Shown here piece after piece: positions 48,028 to 58,011 of a stretch of 64,000 bases of DNA. How positions within the stretch are numbered: position 1 is the first letter of the stretch; every line of letters starts with the position of its first letter. The notes below the pieces were generated by a model. That model did not search any database. It saw only the letters and a list, made by a program, of their open reading frames with translations, and was not told the DNA's origin. Location: assembly GCA_963771465.1 (NCBI GenBank), contig CAVYTU010000019.1, positions 32,001 to 96,000 of the forward strand, in the 5' to 3' direction. The translations under genes and the position numbers were made by a program. Source of the DNA: an uncultured delta proteobacterium. Lineage in GTDB: Bacteria; Desulfobacterota; Binatia; UBA9968.

Positions 48028-49412
48028 ATATGTCCACCATGAGATGACACAATACTCTTCACGATCGCTAAACCCAGTCCGGTACCGGACCGGGCGTTGG
48101 AGTTCGACCGACCTACCTGGTTAAACTTTTCAAATATCGATATCAAGCTCTCCGCCGGGATTCCTGGTCCGGAATCCCTCACGGCGATCTCAAGTTTACC
48201 TTCCAAGGGTTTCGCCGTCACCGTCACGTGTCCGCCTGCGGGCGTAAACTTGACGGCGTTGCCGAGTAAATTGCGCAACACTTGGAGGATGCGTTCGGGA
48301 TCGATGCGCGTCGCCGGCAGCGGCAGTACCAAGGTACTTTCAAGCTTGATCTGTTTCGCTTCGACCAACGGCGCGATCTCGGCGACCGCCCGTTTGATCA
48401 ACGGATCGAGGTTGCTGACCTCGAACTCGTAGGTCATCATGCCGGCCTCCATCTTGGACAGGTCGAGCAGCGAGTTGACCAAGCTGATCAGCCGGTTGCT
48501 CTCCTCGGCCAGAATGGCCAACAACTTGCGTTGTTTCTCCGTGGTCGCGCCGCCGACCCCTTCAAGCAACAGCCCCGTGCCTTCCTTGATCGAGGTCAGC
48601 GGCGTGCGCAATTCGTGCGACATCGACGCGAAGAAATCCGCCTTCATGCGGTCGAGCTCGCGCAATTTTTCCGACATCGTGCTCAGAGCCTCCGCCAGCG
48701 CGCCGATCTCCGGTGGCGACTTGACCACTACGCCGCTGTCGAAATTGCCCTTGGCGATCTCCTCGGTCTTGCGCTTCAAGAGCGCAATGGGGGCGGTAAT
48801 ACTGCGGGTCACTAAGAGCGACATGAGCACAATCGCGAGCAGGCAGCTGACCGCGATTACGATCGACATCTCCCGCGCTTGATCGGCCATCGCGGCAAGC
48901 TCGGCGAGCTTAGCGCTGGTGGTGTGCTGCTGATTCACGCGCAGCCGTTCGAATCCGCTCAACATCGCGTCGATGAGTTTCTCTTTGCCCTCTTTGTACT
49001 TAGCCTGCGGGTACGTCTTGTTGGTGCGCACATAGCGCGACTCGTCTTCGACCAGAGAGGTGTAGCTCAAATAGTCTTGGTGAATTCTTTTCAAGATCGG
49101 CGCCGCCGCGCCGTCGCTCAACGCCGACGCACTTTCCAGGCGCCCCTCGAAGTCGATCTTGAGTCGAATGAACTGCAAATACCAGGCTTCGTCCCGCGTC
49201 ACGACGAATTGCTGTTCGGCCCGGCTTTGGCCGAGCAGGAAATCGGCGAGCGCCTTTTCATGATCGAGAACCCGGTTATCGACCTTAAAGATCGCCGCCG
49301 TGCGCTCGCCGAATTGGCGTAACACGACAATGGCGTACAGGCTCGCCGCCGCCACGATCACGAAGATCGCTAGATAGCCAAGAATTAGGCGCGCAAACAA
49401 ACTCAAACGCAC
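47970..49412 (-). CDS. glrK: HAMP sensor histidine kinase, GlrK/QseE-like
   Basis: Two TM, HAMP, SHELRTPLTSIKEG, NAVKF, DSGPG, GTGLGL; synteny. Confidence 0.75.
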   Translation of the reverse strand: MRLSLFARLILGYLAIFVIVAAASLYAIVVLRQFGERTAAIFKVDNRVLDHEKALADFLLGQSRAEQQFVVTRDEAWYLQFIRLKIDFEGRLESASALSDGAAAPILKRIHQDYLSYTSLVEDESRYVRTNKTYPQAKYKEGKEKLIDAMLSGFERLRVNQQHTTSAKLAELAAMADQAREMSIVIAVSCLLAIVLMSLLVTRSITAPIALLKRKTEEIAKGNFDSGVVVKSPPEIGALAEALSTMSEKLRELDRMKADFFASMSHELRTPLTSIKEGTGLLLEGVGGATTEKQRKLLAILAEESNRLISLVNSLLDLSKMEAGMMTYEFEVSNLDPLIKRAVAEIAPLVEAKQIKLESTLVLPLPATRIDPERILQVLRNLLGNAVKFTPAGGHVTVTAKPLEGKLEIAVRDSGPGIPAESLISIFEKFNQVGRSNSNARSGTGLGLAIVKSIVSSHGGHIWAESQLGQGSAFIFVLPC

Positions 49413-49438
49413 GGATACGGTTCCTCGATAAAGGGTAA

Positions 49439-50563
49439 CTATTCCGGCTTTCCGTCGGCAACGCTCGATACGGCGTCATCTGGATCGGCAGCCGCCGCCA
49501 CGAGCCGTTGGCCAAATGGATCGAGCCGCCGTTCCGCACTCTGATAACTTGCTTGGGCATGGCCCAGATGTTTGCCCAACAGCGTATATTCATCGCGGAA
49601 TTTTGTGAAGTCGCTCTGGAGACGGCTTAAGTATTCAACGATCTCCTTGGCGCGCTCTTCGACTTTCATGCCCCTTAAACCGAGCACGATGGTCTGCAAA
49701 TAAGCGTACAAACTATTGGGCGACACCGGTATGACGTGTTTGCCGAGCGCGTAGTGGGACAGACTCTTATCGTCCGCAGCATCCTCCTTGATGATGGTTT
49801 CATAGTAGACATTTTCCGCCGGGATATACATCAGCGCGAAATCATAGGTGCCCTCGTCGGGCAAAATATATTTTCCCGCGATCGCGTCGATATGTTTTTT
49901 CACGTCGCCGGCGAATTGGCGCTTGGCGCGAGCGCTTTCCTCCTCGCTGGTCGCGGCGAGAATCCGTTTGAAATTTTCCAGAGGAAACTTTGCATCCACC
50001 GGCACGAGTGAGCGGCCAAGCCTGACGACGGCGTCGACCTTCTCGCCGCTGCGAAAGCTATATTGCGTCGCAAAGTGTTCCGCCGGCAAAATCTGGCCGA
50101 GCAAGTCTTCGAGAAAAAACTCGCCCAATCCGCCTCTCAACTTGGGCGCGCGCAGAATCTCTTGCAGCGAAGCGATGTCCTTGCCGACTTCGTAAATCTT
50201 GCGGTTGGCCTCTTCGAGACCGCCGAGGCTGCGCTGTACATTGCCGACGACACGCGCCGCGTTGTCGAGCCGCTCGCCTAAATTTTGCTGCGTTTGGCTG
50301 AGCACGTCGGCGTTCTCTTTCAAGCGCTGATTGACGTGGCCGAGCAGTTGCCCGAGCTGCTGCTGGATGGATTGGCTGTTGGTTTCCAAACTCTGGCTCA
50401 GCTGTGCGCGCAACTGCGCGATCTGCTGCTGCATCATCAGCAGCGACTGATCTTGCGGTTTTTCCGCTAACAATGATTTAAGCCGGCCAATGAAAAACCA
50501 GCCGAGCAAAACCAAACCGAGAAAGGAAAGAAAAATCAGCAGGAGCGGTTGTGGCAGTTCCAC
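49439..50563 (-). CDS. rmuC: DNA recombination protein RmuC
   Basis: N-terminal TM, coiled coil, PKLRGGLGE, VDAKFP, MYIPAE, VSPN. Confidence 0.92.
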   Translation of the reverse strand: MELPQPLLLIFLSFLGLVLLGWFFIGRLKSLLAEKPQDQSLLMMQQQIAQLRAQLSQSLETNSQSIQQQLGQLLGHVNQRLKENADVLSQTQQNLGERLDNAARVVGNVQRSLGGLEEANRKIYEVGKDIASLQEILRAPKLRGGLGEFFLEDLLGQILPAEHFATQYSFRSGEKVDAVVRLGRSLVPVDAKFPLENFKRILAATSEEESARAKRQFAGDVKKHIDAIAGKYILPDEGTYDFALMYIPAENVYYETIIKEDAADDKSLSHYALGKHVIPVSPNSLYAYLQTIVLGLRGMKVEERAKEIVEYLSRLQSDFTKFRDEYTLLGKHLGHAQASYQSAERRLDPFGQRLVAAAADPDDAVSSVADGKPE

Positions 50564-50580
50564 GTTAAACCGTGGCGCAC

Positions 50581-50793
50581 TCAGAGCAGTCTTAGGGCGT
50601 ATTCGAGGATCTCGCTGAGCTTACGGATCTGCGTGGCGCGCATGGAGCGCTCTTCCCGCGGCGCGGCGAAATAGTCATCGATGCTTTTTTTGAGATTCCA
50701 TTCGAGCAGTTCGACACATTGATCCATGCTGACTTTTTCCGACCGGCGGCGGCGCGCTTGGTGCAGTTCCTGGAGTTGAATGAGCTGACCCAT
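50581..50793 (-). CDS. Hypothetical protein
   Basis: 70-aa helical ORF in operon orientation. Confidence 0.65.
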   Translation of the reverse strand: MGQLIQLQELHQARRRRSEKVSMDQCVELLEWNLKKSIDDYFAAPREERSMRATQIRKLSEILEYALRLL

Positions 50794-50827
50794 ACAGTGC
50801 GCTAGTGTAGGTTACGCCGGAGAATTG

Positions 50828-51934
50828 TCAAGGCCTCGAACTATCCACCGCCGGTTCTTGTTGCGTCACACAATGGATCGCGCCCAAACCCGCGACCACC
50901 TCGTTACAGCGCAGGCCGATGACTTTGCGCTCGGGAAATAACTCTTGGAGAATGCCGATCGCTTCCTTGTCGTTGACATCGTCGAACACCGGCGCGAGAA
51001 CGACTTCGTTGGCGATGTAAAAGTTAGCGTAGCTTGCCGGCAGGCGGGTATTTTCAAAGTAGATTGAACCCGGACATGGCAACCTAACGAGTTCCAATCT
51101 GCGGCCGAATGGATCTTTGGTGCGTTGCAAACGCTCGTAGTTTTCTTGCAATAAGCGATAATTATCGTCCTTTGAATTTGCCTCGACAATACAAACGACG
51201 GTGGTTGGATTGACGAAGCGCGCAATGTCGTCGATATGGCCGTCGGTGTCGTCACCGACGATGCCTTCGCCCAGCCAGATCACCTGGCTCACGCCGAGAG
51301 ACATTTTGAGGTACTGCTCGATCTCGTGCCGACTCAGATGCGGGTTGCGATTGCGGTTGAGCAAGCATTGCTCGGTGGTGAGACAAACGCCCGCGCCGTT
51401 GACTTCAATCGACCCGCCTTCGAGAATGATCTCGTGATCGAACACCGGGACATTCAGCAGCGCGGCGATGGCGCGCGCCACGCCATCGTCCTCTTGATAG
51501 GTTGGATATTTGCCGCCCCAGCCGTTGAAGATCCAATCGTTGAACGCCAGCGGCGCGTCGTGAGCATTCCTCGTCACAAACGTCGGGCCGTAATCGCGCA
51601 TCCAGACATCGATGGTGGGAATGCGTAACAATGTGACGTTAGCCAGCGGCGCGCCGGCTTTCGTCAAACGCGCAGTTACTTCTTGTTCGGTCCGCCCGTC
51701 ATTAACCAGCAAACAAACTTCTTCGTAGGGCGCCAGGACGCGGACCATTTGAATCCATAGCTCGCGAACTTTTTCCAAATCGGTCGGCCAGGTTTCAAGA
51801 TTATGCGGCCAAGAGAGCCAGGTTGCACGATGACGCGCCCATTCCGCCGGCATGGCGTAGCCGAGAGATGCGGCTGTCGGAGAATTTGAATTGGCATGGC
51901 TCATGGGAGCGCTCTCTGAAGGATTCTGCGTCAT
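50828..51934 (-). CDS. aguA: Agmatine deiminase family protein
   Basis: MPAEW, WMRDYGP, LEGGSI, DTDGHID, GAIHCVTQQ; ATG overlaps the aguB stop. Confidence 0.92.
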   Translation of the reverse strand: MTQNPSESAPMSHANSNSPTAASLGYAMPAEWARHRATWLSWPHNLETWPTDLEKVRELWIQMVRVLAPYEEVCLLVNDGRTEQEVTARLTKAGAPLANVTLLRIPTIDVWMRDYGPTFVTRNAHDAPLAFNDWIFNGWGGKYPTYQEDDGVARAIAALLNVPVFDHEIILEGGSIEVNGAGVCLTTEQCLLNRNRNPHLSRHEIEQYLKMSLGVSQVIWLGEGIVGDDTDGHIDDIARFVNPTTVVCIVEANSKDDNYRLLQENYERLQRTKDPFGRRLELVRLPCPGSIYFENTRLPASYANFYIANEVVLAPVFDDVNDKEAIGILQELFPERKVIGLRCNEVVAGLGAIHCVTQQEPAVDSSRP

Positions 51935-52815
51935 CGATCCGACATGCGATGGAGCAGCGATCCGTAGGAATCGACGCGTCGATCGCGCAGAAACGGCCAG
52001 CTTTGGCGCGTTTCTTCGATCTTGGCCAAATCGCATTTGGCGATGAGAATCTCCTCGCGCTGGTCGTTGGCCTGAGCGACGATCTCGCCCAACGGTCCGG
52101 CGACGAACGAATGGCCCCAGAAATTTATCTTGCCCTCGCGACCGACGCGATTGGCGGCGGCGACGTAAACGCCGTTTGCTACGGCATGCGAGCGCTGAAT
52201 CAATTGCCAAGCCTCGCGTTGATTTTGCGCCACGGCGCGGGGCTCGTTGGGAATCCAGCCGATGGCGGTTGGATAAAAAATAATCTGTGCGCCGGACAGC
52301 GCCGCCAAACGCGCGCCTTCGGGAAACCACTGGTCCCAACAGACGAGAGCGGCAATCTTCGCATAACGCGTTTGAAAACTGGGGAAGCCGAGATCGCCCG
52401 GGGTAAAATAAAACTTTTCGTAATAAAGCGGATCGTCGGGGATATGCATCTTGCGATACTTGCCGGCGATCGATCCATCGGCGTCCAGCACCACCGCCGT
52501 ATTGTGATAAATCCCGGCGGCGCGACGCTCGAACAAAGAGGCAACGATGACGATTTTTTTCCGCCGCGCCAACTCTCCCAAAGTCGCCGTGCTCGGTCCG
52601 GGAATCGCTTCGGCCAGCTTGAAGTTGCGCTGGTCTTCGCTCTGACAAAAATAACGGGAGCGAAACAGCTCTTGCAGGCAAATCACCTGCGCGCCTTTTT
52701 TGGCGGCGACTTCGATCCGTTCAATCGCGTGGGCAAGATTGGCGCCGGGATCGGTGCTACAGCTCATCTGCACGAGGCCGACTTTGATTTCTCCCGGCTT
52801 GGTTTTACGCGGCAT
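51931..52815 (-). CDS. aguB: N-carbamoylputrescine amidase (carbon-nitrogen hydrolase)
   Basis: LQELF, YRKMHIP, CWDQWFPE (E-K-C triad), YPTAIG; adjacent to aguA. Confidence 0.88.
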   Translation of the reverse strand: MPRKTKPGEIKVGLVQMSCSTDPGANLAHAIERIEVAAKKGAQVICLQELFRSRYFCQSEDQRNFKLAEAIPGPSTATLGELARRKKIVIVASLFERRAAGIYHNTAVVLDADGSIAGKYRKMHIPDDPLYYEKFYFTPGDLGFPSFQTRYAKIAALVCWDQWFPEGARLAALSGAQIIFYPTAIGWIPNEPRAVAQNQREAWQLIQRSHAVANGVYVAAANRVGREGKINFWGHSFVAGPLGEIVAQANDQREEILIAKCDLAKIEETRQSWPFLRDRRVDSYGSLLHRMSDR

Positions 52816-52852
52816 GATGAAAGCTAATGTAGCGGATTTCTTTTACAGAAAC

Positions 52853-52890
52853 AAAAAAGGGAGAGGAAAAGTTGCGACCTTTCCTCTCCC
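52853..52890 (-). terminator. Rho-independent terminator
   Basis: GGGAGAGGAAA...TTTCCTCTCCC with A-tract, downstream of the dienelactone hydrolase gene. Confidence 0.7.
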
Positions 52891-52912
52891 CCAAACGAAC
52901 CGCCCAATCAGC

Positions 52913-53632
52913 CTATTTCAGATGCTGTGCGAAGAACGACTTGGTTTTTTCCCAAGCATCCTGCGCCGATTTCTCATGATAACTGCCGCGCTCGTCGCAG
53001 AAAAAGCCGTGACCCGCGTCCGGATAGATTTTCATCTGAAAGGGCACCTGCTTGGTCGTGAGTTCGGTGTTGATCTGGCCAACCTGATCCATCGGAATCA
53101 ATTGATCTTTGGCGCCGAAGAAAAGATACATCGGGCACTTGATCTCGCCCGTACGCGACAGCGGGCTCGGATTGCCCATCGGAATACCGCCGCCGTAATA
53201 GGGCACGGCGCATTTGACGTCGTTGGCGTGATGCGCCGCCGCGAGATAGGTAAGCCGGCCGCCCATGCAAAAGCCGATCACACCGAGCGAACCGGCCTTC
53301 ACGTTGCTCTGCGCTTTCAAGTGCGCGATCGCCGCGCCAACATCTTCCATCGCCTTGGGATCCTGCACGCGCTGCAAAGTCGCGATCGCTTTAGCCATAT
53401 CGGAAAATGGAATAATGCGCTCCGCCTCGCGATGGAAAATATCCGGCGCGATCGCCACATAGCCTTCCGCCGCGATCCGGTCGGTCACCTTCTTGATGTG
53501 ATCGTTGACGCCGAACGCTTCCTGAATGACGACCACACTGGGATAGCTGCCGCCGTCTTTGGGCTGCGACAAATAAGCATCCATCTTGCCGTCTGAGGTA
53601 TTGAGCTGAACCGTCGAACTGGAAACGTCCAT
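52913..53632 (-). CDS. Dienelactone hydrolase family protein
   Basis: QEAFGVN, GFCMGG, AGHGF. Confidence 0.92.
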   Translation of the reverse strand: MDVSSSTVQLNTSDGKMDAYLSQPKDGGSYPSVVVIQEAFGVNDHIKKVTDRIAAEGYVAIAPDIFHREAERIIPFSDMAKAIATLQRVQDPKAMEDVGAAIAHLKAQSNVKAGSLGVIGFCMGGRLTYLAAAHHANDVKCAVPYYGGGIPMGNPSPLSRTGEIKCPMYLFFGAKDQLIPMDQVGQINTELTTKQVPFQMKIYPDAGHGFFCDERGSYHEKSAQDAWEKTKSFFAQHLK

Positions 53633-53726
53633 CACAGGCCTCCTTGAATGAATTCAGTCAAGTCGAATTGATTTTGCTGTATCAGATTTCAATCCCTCGT
53701 TCCACCCTTCTTGATTCCAAATCTCG

Positions 53727-53755
53727 AAAAAAAGGGCGGGCTAATCGCCCGCCCT
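53727..53755 (-). terminator. Rho-independent terminator
   Basis: AAAAAAAGGGCGGGC-taatc-GCCCGCCCT. Confidence 0.8.
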
Positions 53756-53807
53756 CACGCGTCATAAATCAAGTGACGACGCAAGTTCGCGCCGCGCTCG
53801 GAAATCG

Positions 53808-54950
53808 CTATTTCTTCGGATGCCAGTCGTAGCTGGCGACTTTGTAAGCTTCGTCAGGAATCAAACTGGTAATCCCGCGCTGACTGAGCTCGCCTTCAAA
53901 TTTCTCGCGAATCCACGGATCTTCGTCGATGTATTCGATCATGTCCTTGGCGCGGTCCTCGATCTTTTCCGCGTGGCCGCGGAACTGCCGCGGCGGATGG
54001 AGCGCGAGATAGCGCGCCGGGATGGCGCCGACGTTGAAATGTTGATGGAACCAGTTGGCGGGCGGCACGAACATGCTTCCCTCATGCCAGGGTGCAACGA
54101 TTTTATCTTTGCCCTGTTCCCAAAGAATCGAATAGCCCTCGCCGGCGGGAATCACGATCACGCGCCCGGGACCGTGGCGATGCGCTTTCTTGTAAGTACG
54201 GTCCGGGAAAACCGACATGTGACAAGACATTTCTGAGTTGGGAAACATGATCGTCACGCTCATGCCGCCGCGCCGATTGGTGCTCAGGTTGTCCCACGCC
54301 GCCATGTCGGGGAAAAAGTTGCCGAACCAGTACACCCGCTTGCCGCCCCAGGCGAGCGCGGGATCGCCGTTCTCGACCAGTTTCGCCTCGGAATAGGTTT
54401 CGCCCTCGTTGGCGGCGTCAACCTTTTGATAAGGATTGTTGAAATAAAAACGCGGATCAGTATTCAGCGAGGTCGCCAACGGCAGATAGCTGTAACGCAG
54501 CACCCGCGCCGGCCGGTCACCGCGCATATTGCCCAGCTGCTGATATTGATTGGCGCCGATCTCAAAAAGGCTGCGGTCTTGCCACTCAAAAGTTTTCTTC
54601 GGCCCGCGATCATCCGTCCAAACCGTGGTAACACCTCGGCCCTGAAGAACGTAAATCACTTCGTCCAGGGCGAATTTCACCGGCGGTAAAGTTTTTCCCG
54701 GCGGAATCTCCATGACCGTCGCGGAGGTGATGCCTTCCTGGCCCATGAGTTGTATGAATGCCGCATTGCACTGGCGGTCATCCCACCAGCCCAATTCGAC
54801 CGTGCGCAGGTCTTCGATGAAATAGCCGCGATGGATCGGAATACCGACCGAGTCCATCCAGCGATCGTAAGTATAATTTTTGGTTTCCAACACCACCGGC
54901 CCCGGTTCGAAATATTGGTTCTTAGTTATTTGCTCAGCAATTGTGGTCAT
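53808..54950 (-). CDS. Double-cupin domain protein
   Basis: YKKAHRHGPG, WFHQHFN; paralog of 34529. Confidence 0.8.
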   Translation of the reverse strand: MTTIAEQITKNQYFEPGPVVLETKNYTYDRWMDSVGIPIHRGYFIEDLRTVELGWWDDRQCNAAFIQLMGQEGITSATVMEIPPGKTLPPVKFALDEVIYVLQGRGVTTVWTDDRGPKKTFEWQDRSLFEIGANQYQQLGNMRGDRPARVLRYSYLPLATSLNTDPRFYFNNPYQKVDAANEGETYSEAKLVENGDPALAWGGKRVYWFGNFFPDMAAWDNLSTNRRGGMSVTIMFPNSEMSCHMSVFPDRTYKKAHRHGPGRVIVIPAGEGYSILWEQGKDKIVAPWHEGSMFVPPANWFHQHFNVGAIPARYLALHPPRQFRGHAEKIEDRAKDMIEYIDEDPWIREKFEGELSQRGITSLIPDEAYKVASYDWHPKK

Positions 54951-55052
54951 GATTAATCTCCTTGCTCATGGTTCTACTCTATTCGTATTCGAATTTTCAA
55001 CCGATAGCGAATGGCAATGTGCCGCACGAGTGAATCCGAAATTCGAAATTGA

Positions 55053-56147
55053 TTACACTTCGGGCCGAATGCTGACGTGAATCACACCGGGTCCTGCTTC
55101 GCCGGCAAACGCCCGGATCGCCTCGTTGACGTGATTCAAATCGAACTGATGCGTGCTGATCTCGCCGAGGGGATATCTGCCCGAAGCCATCACTTGCAGG
55201 CCCAACTCAAAAGCCGTGAAAGAGGAACCCTGGACCCATTTCATGGTGATCAGCTTGCGGCCGAAGCCGCGCGTCGGAACTTCTTGATCGCCCGGCCCGG
55301 CGAGCACGATGGTGCTTATCTTGGATGCGCATTCGAGCGCGTCGCGCACAGTCGATTTGCCGCCGCGCGATACGTTGACCACCACGTCGGCCCCTTGGCC
55401 GTTGGTGATTTCTTTCACCCGCTCGCGCAAGTTTTCTTTTTCGACATCGATCATATGATGGGCGCCGAGCTTGCGCGCGAGCTCGAAGCGCGCCGCATCG
55501 CGTGTTAGACCGCTGATAATAATGCACTGAGCACCGGCCTCGCGCGCCGCGACGACACTCGACAAGCCCATCTGTCCGGGGCCCTGAATGACGACGGTCT
55601 TACCCGGCGCCGCACCACCCTGAAGATAAGCCCATTGCATGCCGTTGGCTAACGGAACGAATAACGCGGCCTGGGTGGCCGGCACATGGGCGGGAATCTT
55701 GTGCACGATCGCGTTGGGCGGCAGATATAAATACTGACTGAAGCCGCCCCACAGTGATGGCGCGACATTGACCGGCGTATTGCCGTAGCGCAGAATTGTC
55801 CGGCCGGGCAGCTTGTCGGTCTGATCGCAAAAGCGATACTCGCCGATCCGGCACCAGCGGCAGGTGCCGCAGGGCAGATACTGCTCGATCACCACGCGGT
55901 CGCCTTCTTTAACGCCCCAGCGCTCGGCCGCGTTGGCGCCGATCTTGGCGAGAAAGCCGACATTCTCATGGCCGCGAATGCGCGGCGCGCCGGCAAACTC
56001 CTCATAGCCGCCGATGTCGCTGCCACAAATCCCGGCGACCTCGACTTTGAGCAATGCATCATCAGCGGAAATCTCCGGCATCGGATAATCCCGCAGCTCA
56101 ATGTTCCGCGCGCCAACCTGGGTCGCCGCCAAAACTCTTTCACTCAT
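55053..56147 (-). CDS. Zinc-dependent alcohol dehydrogenase (MDR)
   Basis: GICGSD, GHE, CGTCRWC...C, GPGQMG. Confidence 0.92.
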   Translation of the reverse strand: MSERVLAATQVGARNIELRDYPMPEISADDALLKVEVAGICGSDIGGYEEFAGAPRIRGHENVGFLAKIGANAAERWGVKEGDRVVIEQYLPCGTCRWCRIGEYRFCDQTDKLPGRTILRYGNTPVNVAPSLWGGFSQYLYLPPNAIVHKIPAHVPATQAALFVPLANGMQWAYLQGGAAPGKTVVIQGPGQMGLSSVVAAREAGAQCIIISGLTRDAARFELARKLGAHHMIDVEKENLRERVKEITNGQGADVVVNVSRGGKSTVRDALECASKISTIVLAGPGDQEVPTRGFGRKLITMKWVQGSSFTAFELGLQVMASGRYPLGEISTHQFDLNHVNEAIRAFAGEAGPGVIHVSIRPEV

Positions 56148-56235
56148 GAAATACTTCCTTCCTAGCGCCATGCCATTGAGGCCGTGCTCGTTGTTCGAAG
56201 CCGCACGGAGAAAAACCCGCACGAGTCAAACACGA

Positions 56236-57594
56236 TCACGTTCCGGTCAATTCGCGAAAGCGATGCTTGGTCCGGTCGATCTCAGTGAGCGCGTCTTTGA
56301 CGCAATCTTCGAACGGCACCTTCTTTTCGCGGATCAGCGACACGCCGCGCACGCCGTCGTAGCAATCTGGATTGAGCGCTTCCGCCGGCTCCTTGCCTTC
56401 GCACAGATCGTTCGCCGCGTTGAGCAAGAGCTTGCGCATTTCAATAATGCCCACGTCGGTAACGCCGAGCATCTCTTCGGTCCGATCGGTAATCGGCCCC
56501 ATGCTCACCTGCGCCGCCATGTCTTGGTTGCCGGTGCCGTAGATGCCGGTGAAGTTGTAGGTGCGCTGGAGCTCGCGGTCGAGTTGAAAGTCATTGGCCT
56601 TGTTGGCCAGCGGCTTATACTCTTTGTCCACCGGCGCGCCAAAACGACCGTCGGTCTGGCCGGTGCGCATGGCGTAGATCTCATCGTTGGTCAGCGGCCG
56701 ATTCATGGTCACGCGGAACGTCCACACCCAGCAATTTTCATCGTCGATGGGCACGAACGCATGACCGCCTGGGTCGCGCGGCGGCATGGTGTAGAACGGC
56801 ATGAGAAACTGATTGATGCGCCAGTAATAATTTTGTTCGCTGATCGTGCCGCGCGCGCCGATGGCAAGACCGTAGTCAGTCCGCTGCGCCATCACCCGCG
56901 GCATCTTGTCCGCCATGCGAAAGAGAATATCCAACTCGCGCGGCGAGAGACTGTCGGGGTTTTCGTTGTAGCGCTTGCGCAAGGACTCCGTGGCTTTCTG
57001 AAAATTGGCCGTATTGTGGTAGGCATCGAGGCGGCCGTGGAGAAAGCGCGTGTGCGCCGAGTCGATGCCGCCTTCGAGGGCTTGAAAATAGTTGGATTCC
57101 TGCAAGCGCTTGATGACGAACTTATGATCCGCCGGGACCTGCGTGATCGGTAAGCGCGGCAGCTCCGGCATCCCGTCCTTCGGCCCCATATACGCCCAGA
57201 TGACGCCGCCCGCTTCGCGCAGGGAATAAGCAGTCAGCTTTACTTTCTCTTTGAAGTTGGACTCTGGAGGTTCCGTCGGCAAATCAACGCAGTTGCCATC
57301 GACATCATATTTCCAGCCGTGATAAATACAGCGCAGTCCGCATTCCTCATTGCGGCCGAAAAACAGATGAGCACGGCGGTGGGCACAATAAGCGCTGACC
57401 AGACCGAGCTTGCCGTTGGTATCGCGGAACGCAACTAAATCTTCCGAGAGCAACCGCACGCGCACCGGCGCGCAGTCCGGCGCGGGCAACTCGTCCGACA
57501 GCAACGCCGGCAACCAAAACCGGCGCAAGAGTTGGCCCATCGGCGTCCCTGGACCCGTCTTCGTTAGTAATTCGTTTTCTTCTCTACTGAGCAT
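56236..57594 (-). CDS. Rieske non-heme iron oxygenase (phthalate 4,5-dioxygenase/LigXa-like)
   Basis: CAHR...CIYHGW; EGGIDSAHTRFLH; QDMAAQVSMG. Confidence 0.92.
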   Translation of the reverse strand: MLSREENELLTKTGPGTPMGQLLRRFWLPALLSDELPAPDCAPVRVRLLSEDLVAFRDTNGKLGLVSAYCAHRRAHLFFGRNEECGLRCIYHGWKYDVDGNCVDLPTEPPESNFKEKVKLTAYSLREAGGVIWAYMGPKDGMPELPRLPITQVPADHKFVIKRLQESNYFQALEGGIDSAHTRFLHGRLDAYHNTANFQKATESLRKRYNENPDSLSPRELDILFRMADKMPRVMAQRTDYGLAIGARGTISEQNYYWRINQFLMPFYTMPPRDPGGHAFVPIDDENCWVWTFRVTMNRPLTNDEIYAMRTGQTDGRFGAPVDKEYKPLANKANDFQLDRELQRTYNFTGIYGTGNQDMAAQVSMGPITDRTEEMLGVTDVGIIEMRKLLLNAANDLCEGKEPAEALNPDCYDGVRGVSLIREKKVPFEDCVKDALTEIDRTKHRFRELTGT

Positions 57595-57938
57595 CCCTCA
57601 CTCCTTGTGAAACGTAAATCAGAACTGATGTTGTGTTGAGCAACGGAGCATCGCAACTTTTCTTTGCCGCGATTTCTTACACCCCTGCGCCACTGGTTGG
57701 ATTGGCGATCGCGCTGATGATCGTTCTCTGCTCACCGACTGGGTAATAACAATCGTATTGCCGCCGTTGAGCTTTGATCGTCTCGCTTCCAACGGTCATA
57801 GAACAAGGCCGAAAAGAGATCAAGCCGCGGTATAAAACCAACAGCAATGTGGTCAGAACAATCGCGGAGAAAATTTAATAACGCCGCCAAACGTACAAGC
57901 AGAAATACTTCCTGCGCGAGTGGAAAAACTGGCAGATC

Positions 57939-57993
57939 AAAAAATTTTGACGCCGGACATGGTAATCAATGATCACCCTGCCCGGCGTCAAAA
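57939..57993 (-). terminator. Long hairpin, probable terminator
   Basis: TTTTGACGCCGG...CCGGCGTCAAAA with A-tract. Confidence 0.65.
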
Positions 57994-58011
57994 GGGTAGG
58001 ACCTACGGAGA

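Noticed and set aside
50828-52681. 617-aa ORF as a long agmatine deiminase fusion
   Set aside because: The first 249 codons overlap aguB in another frame; the real start is 51934 or 51904
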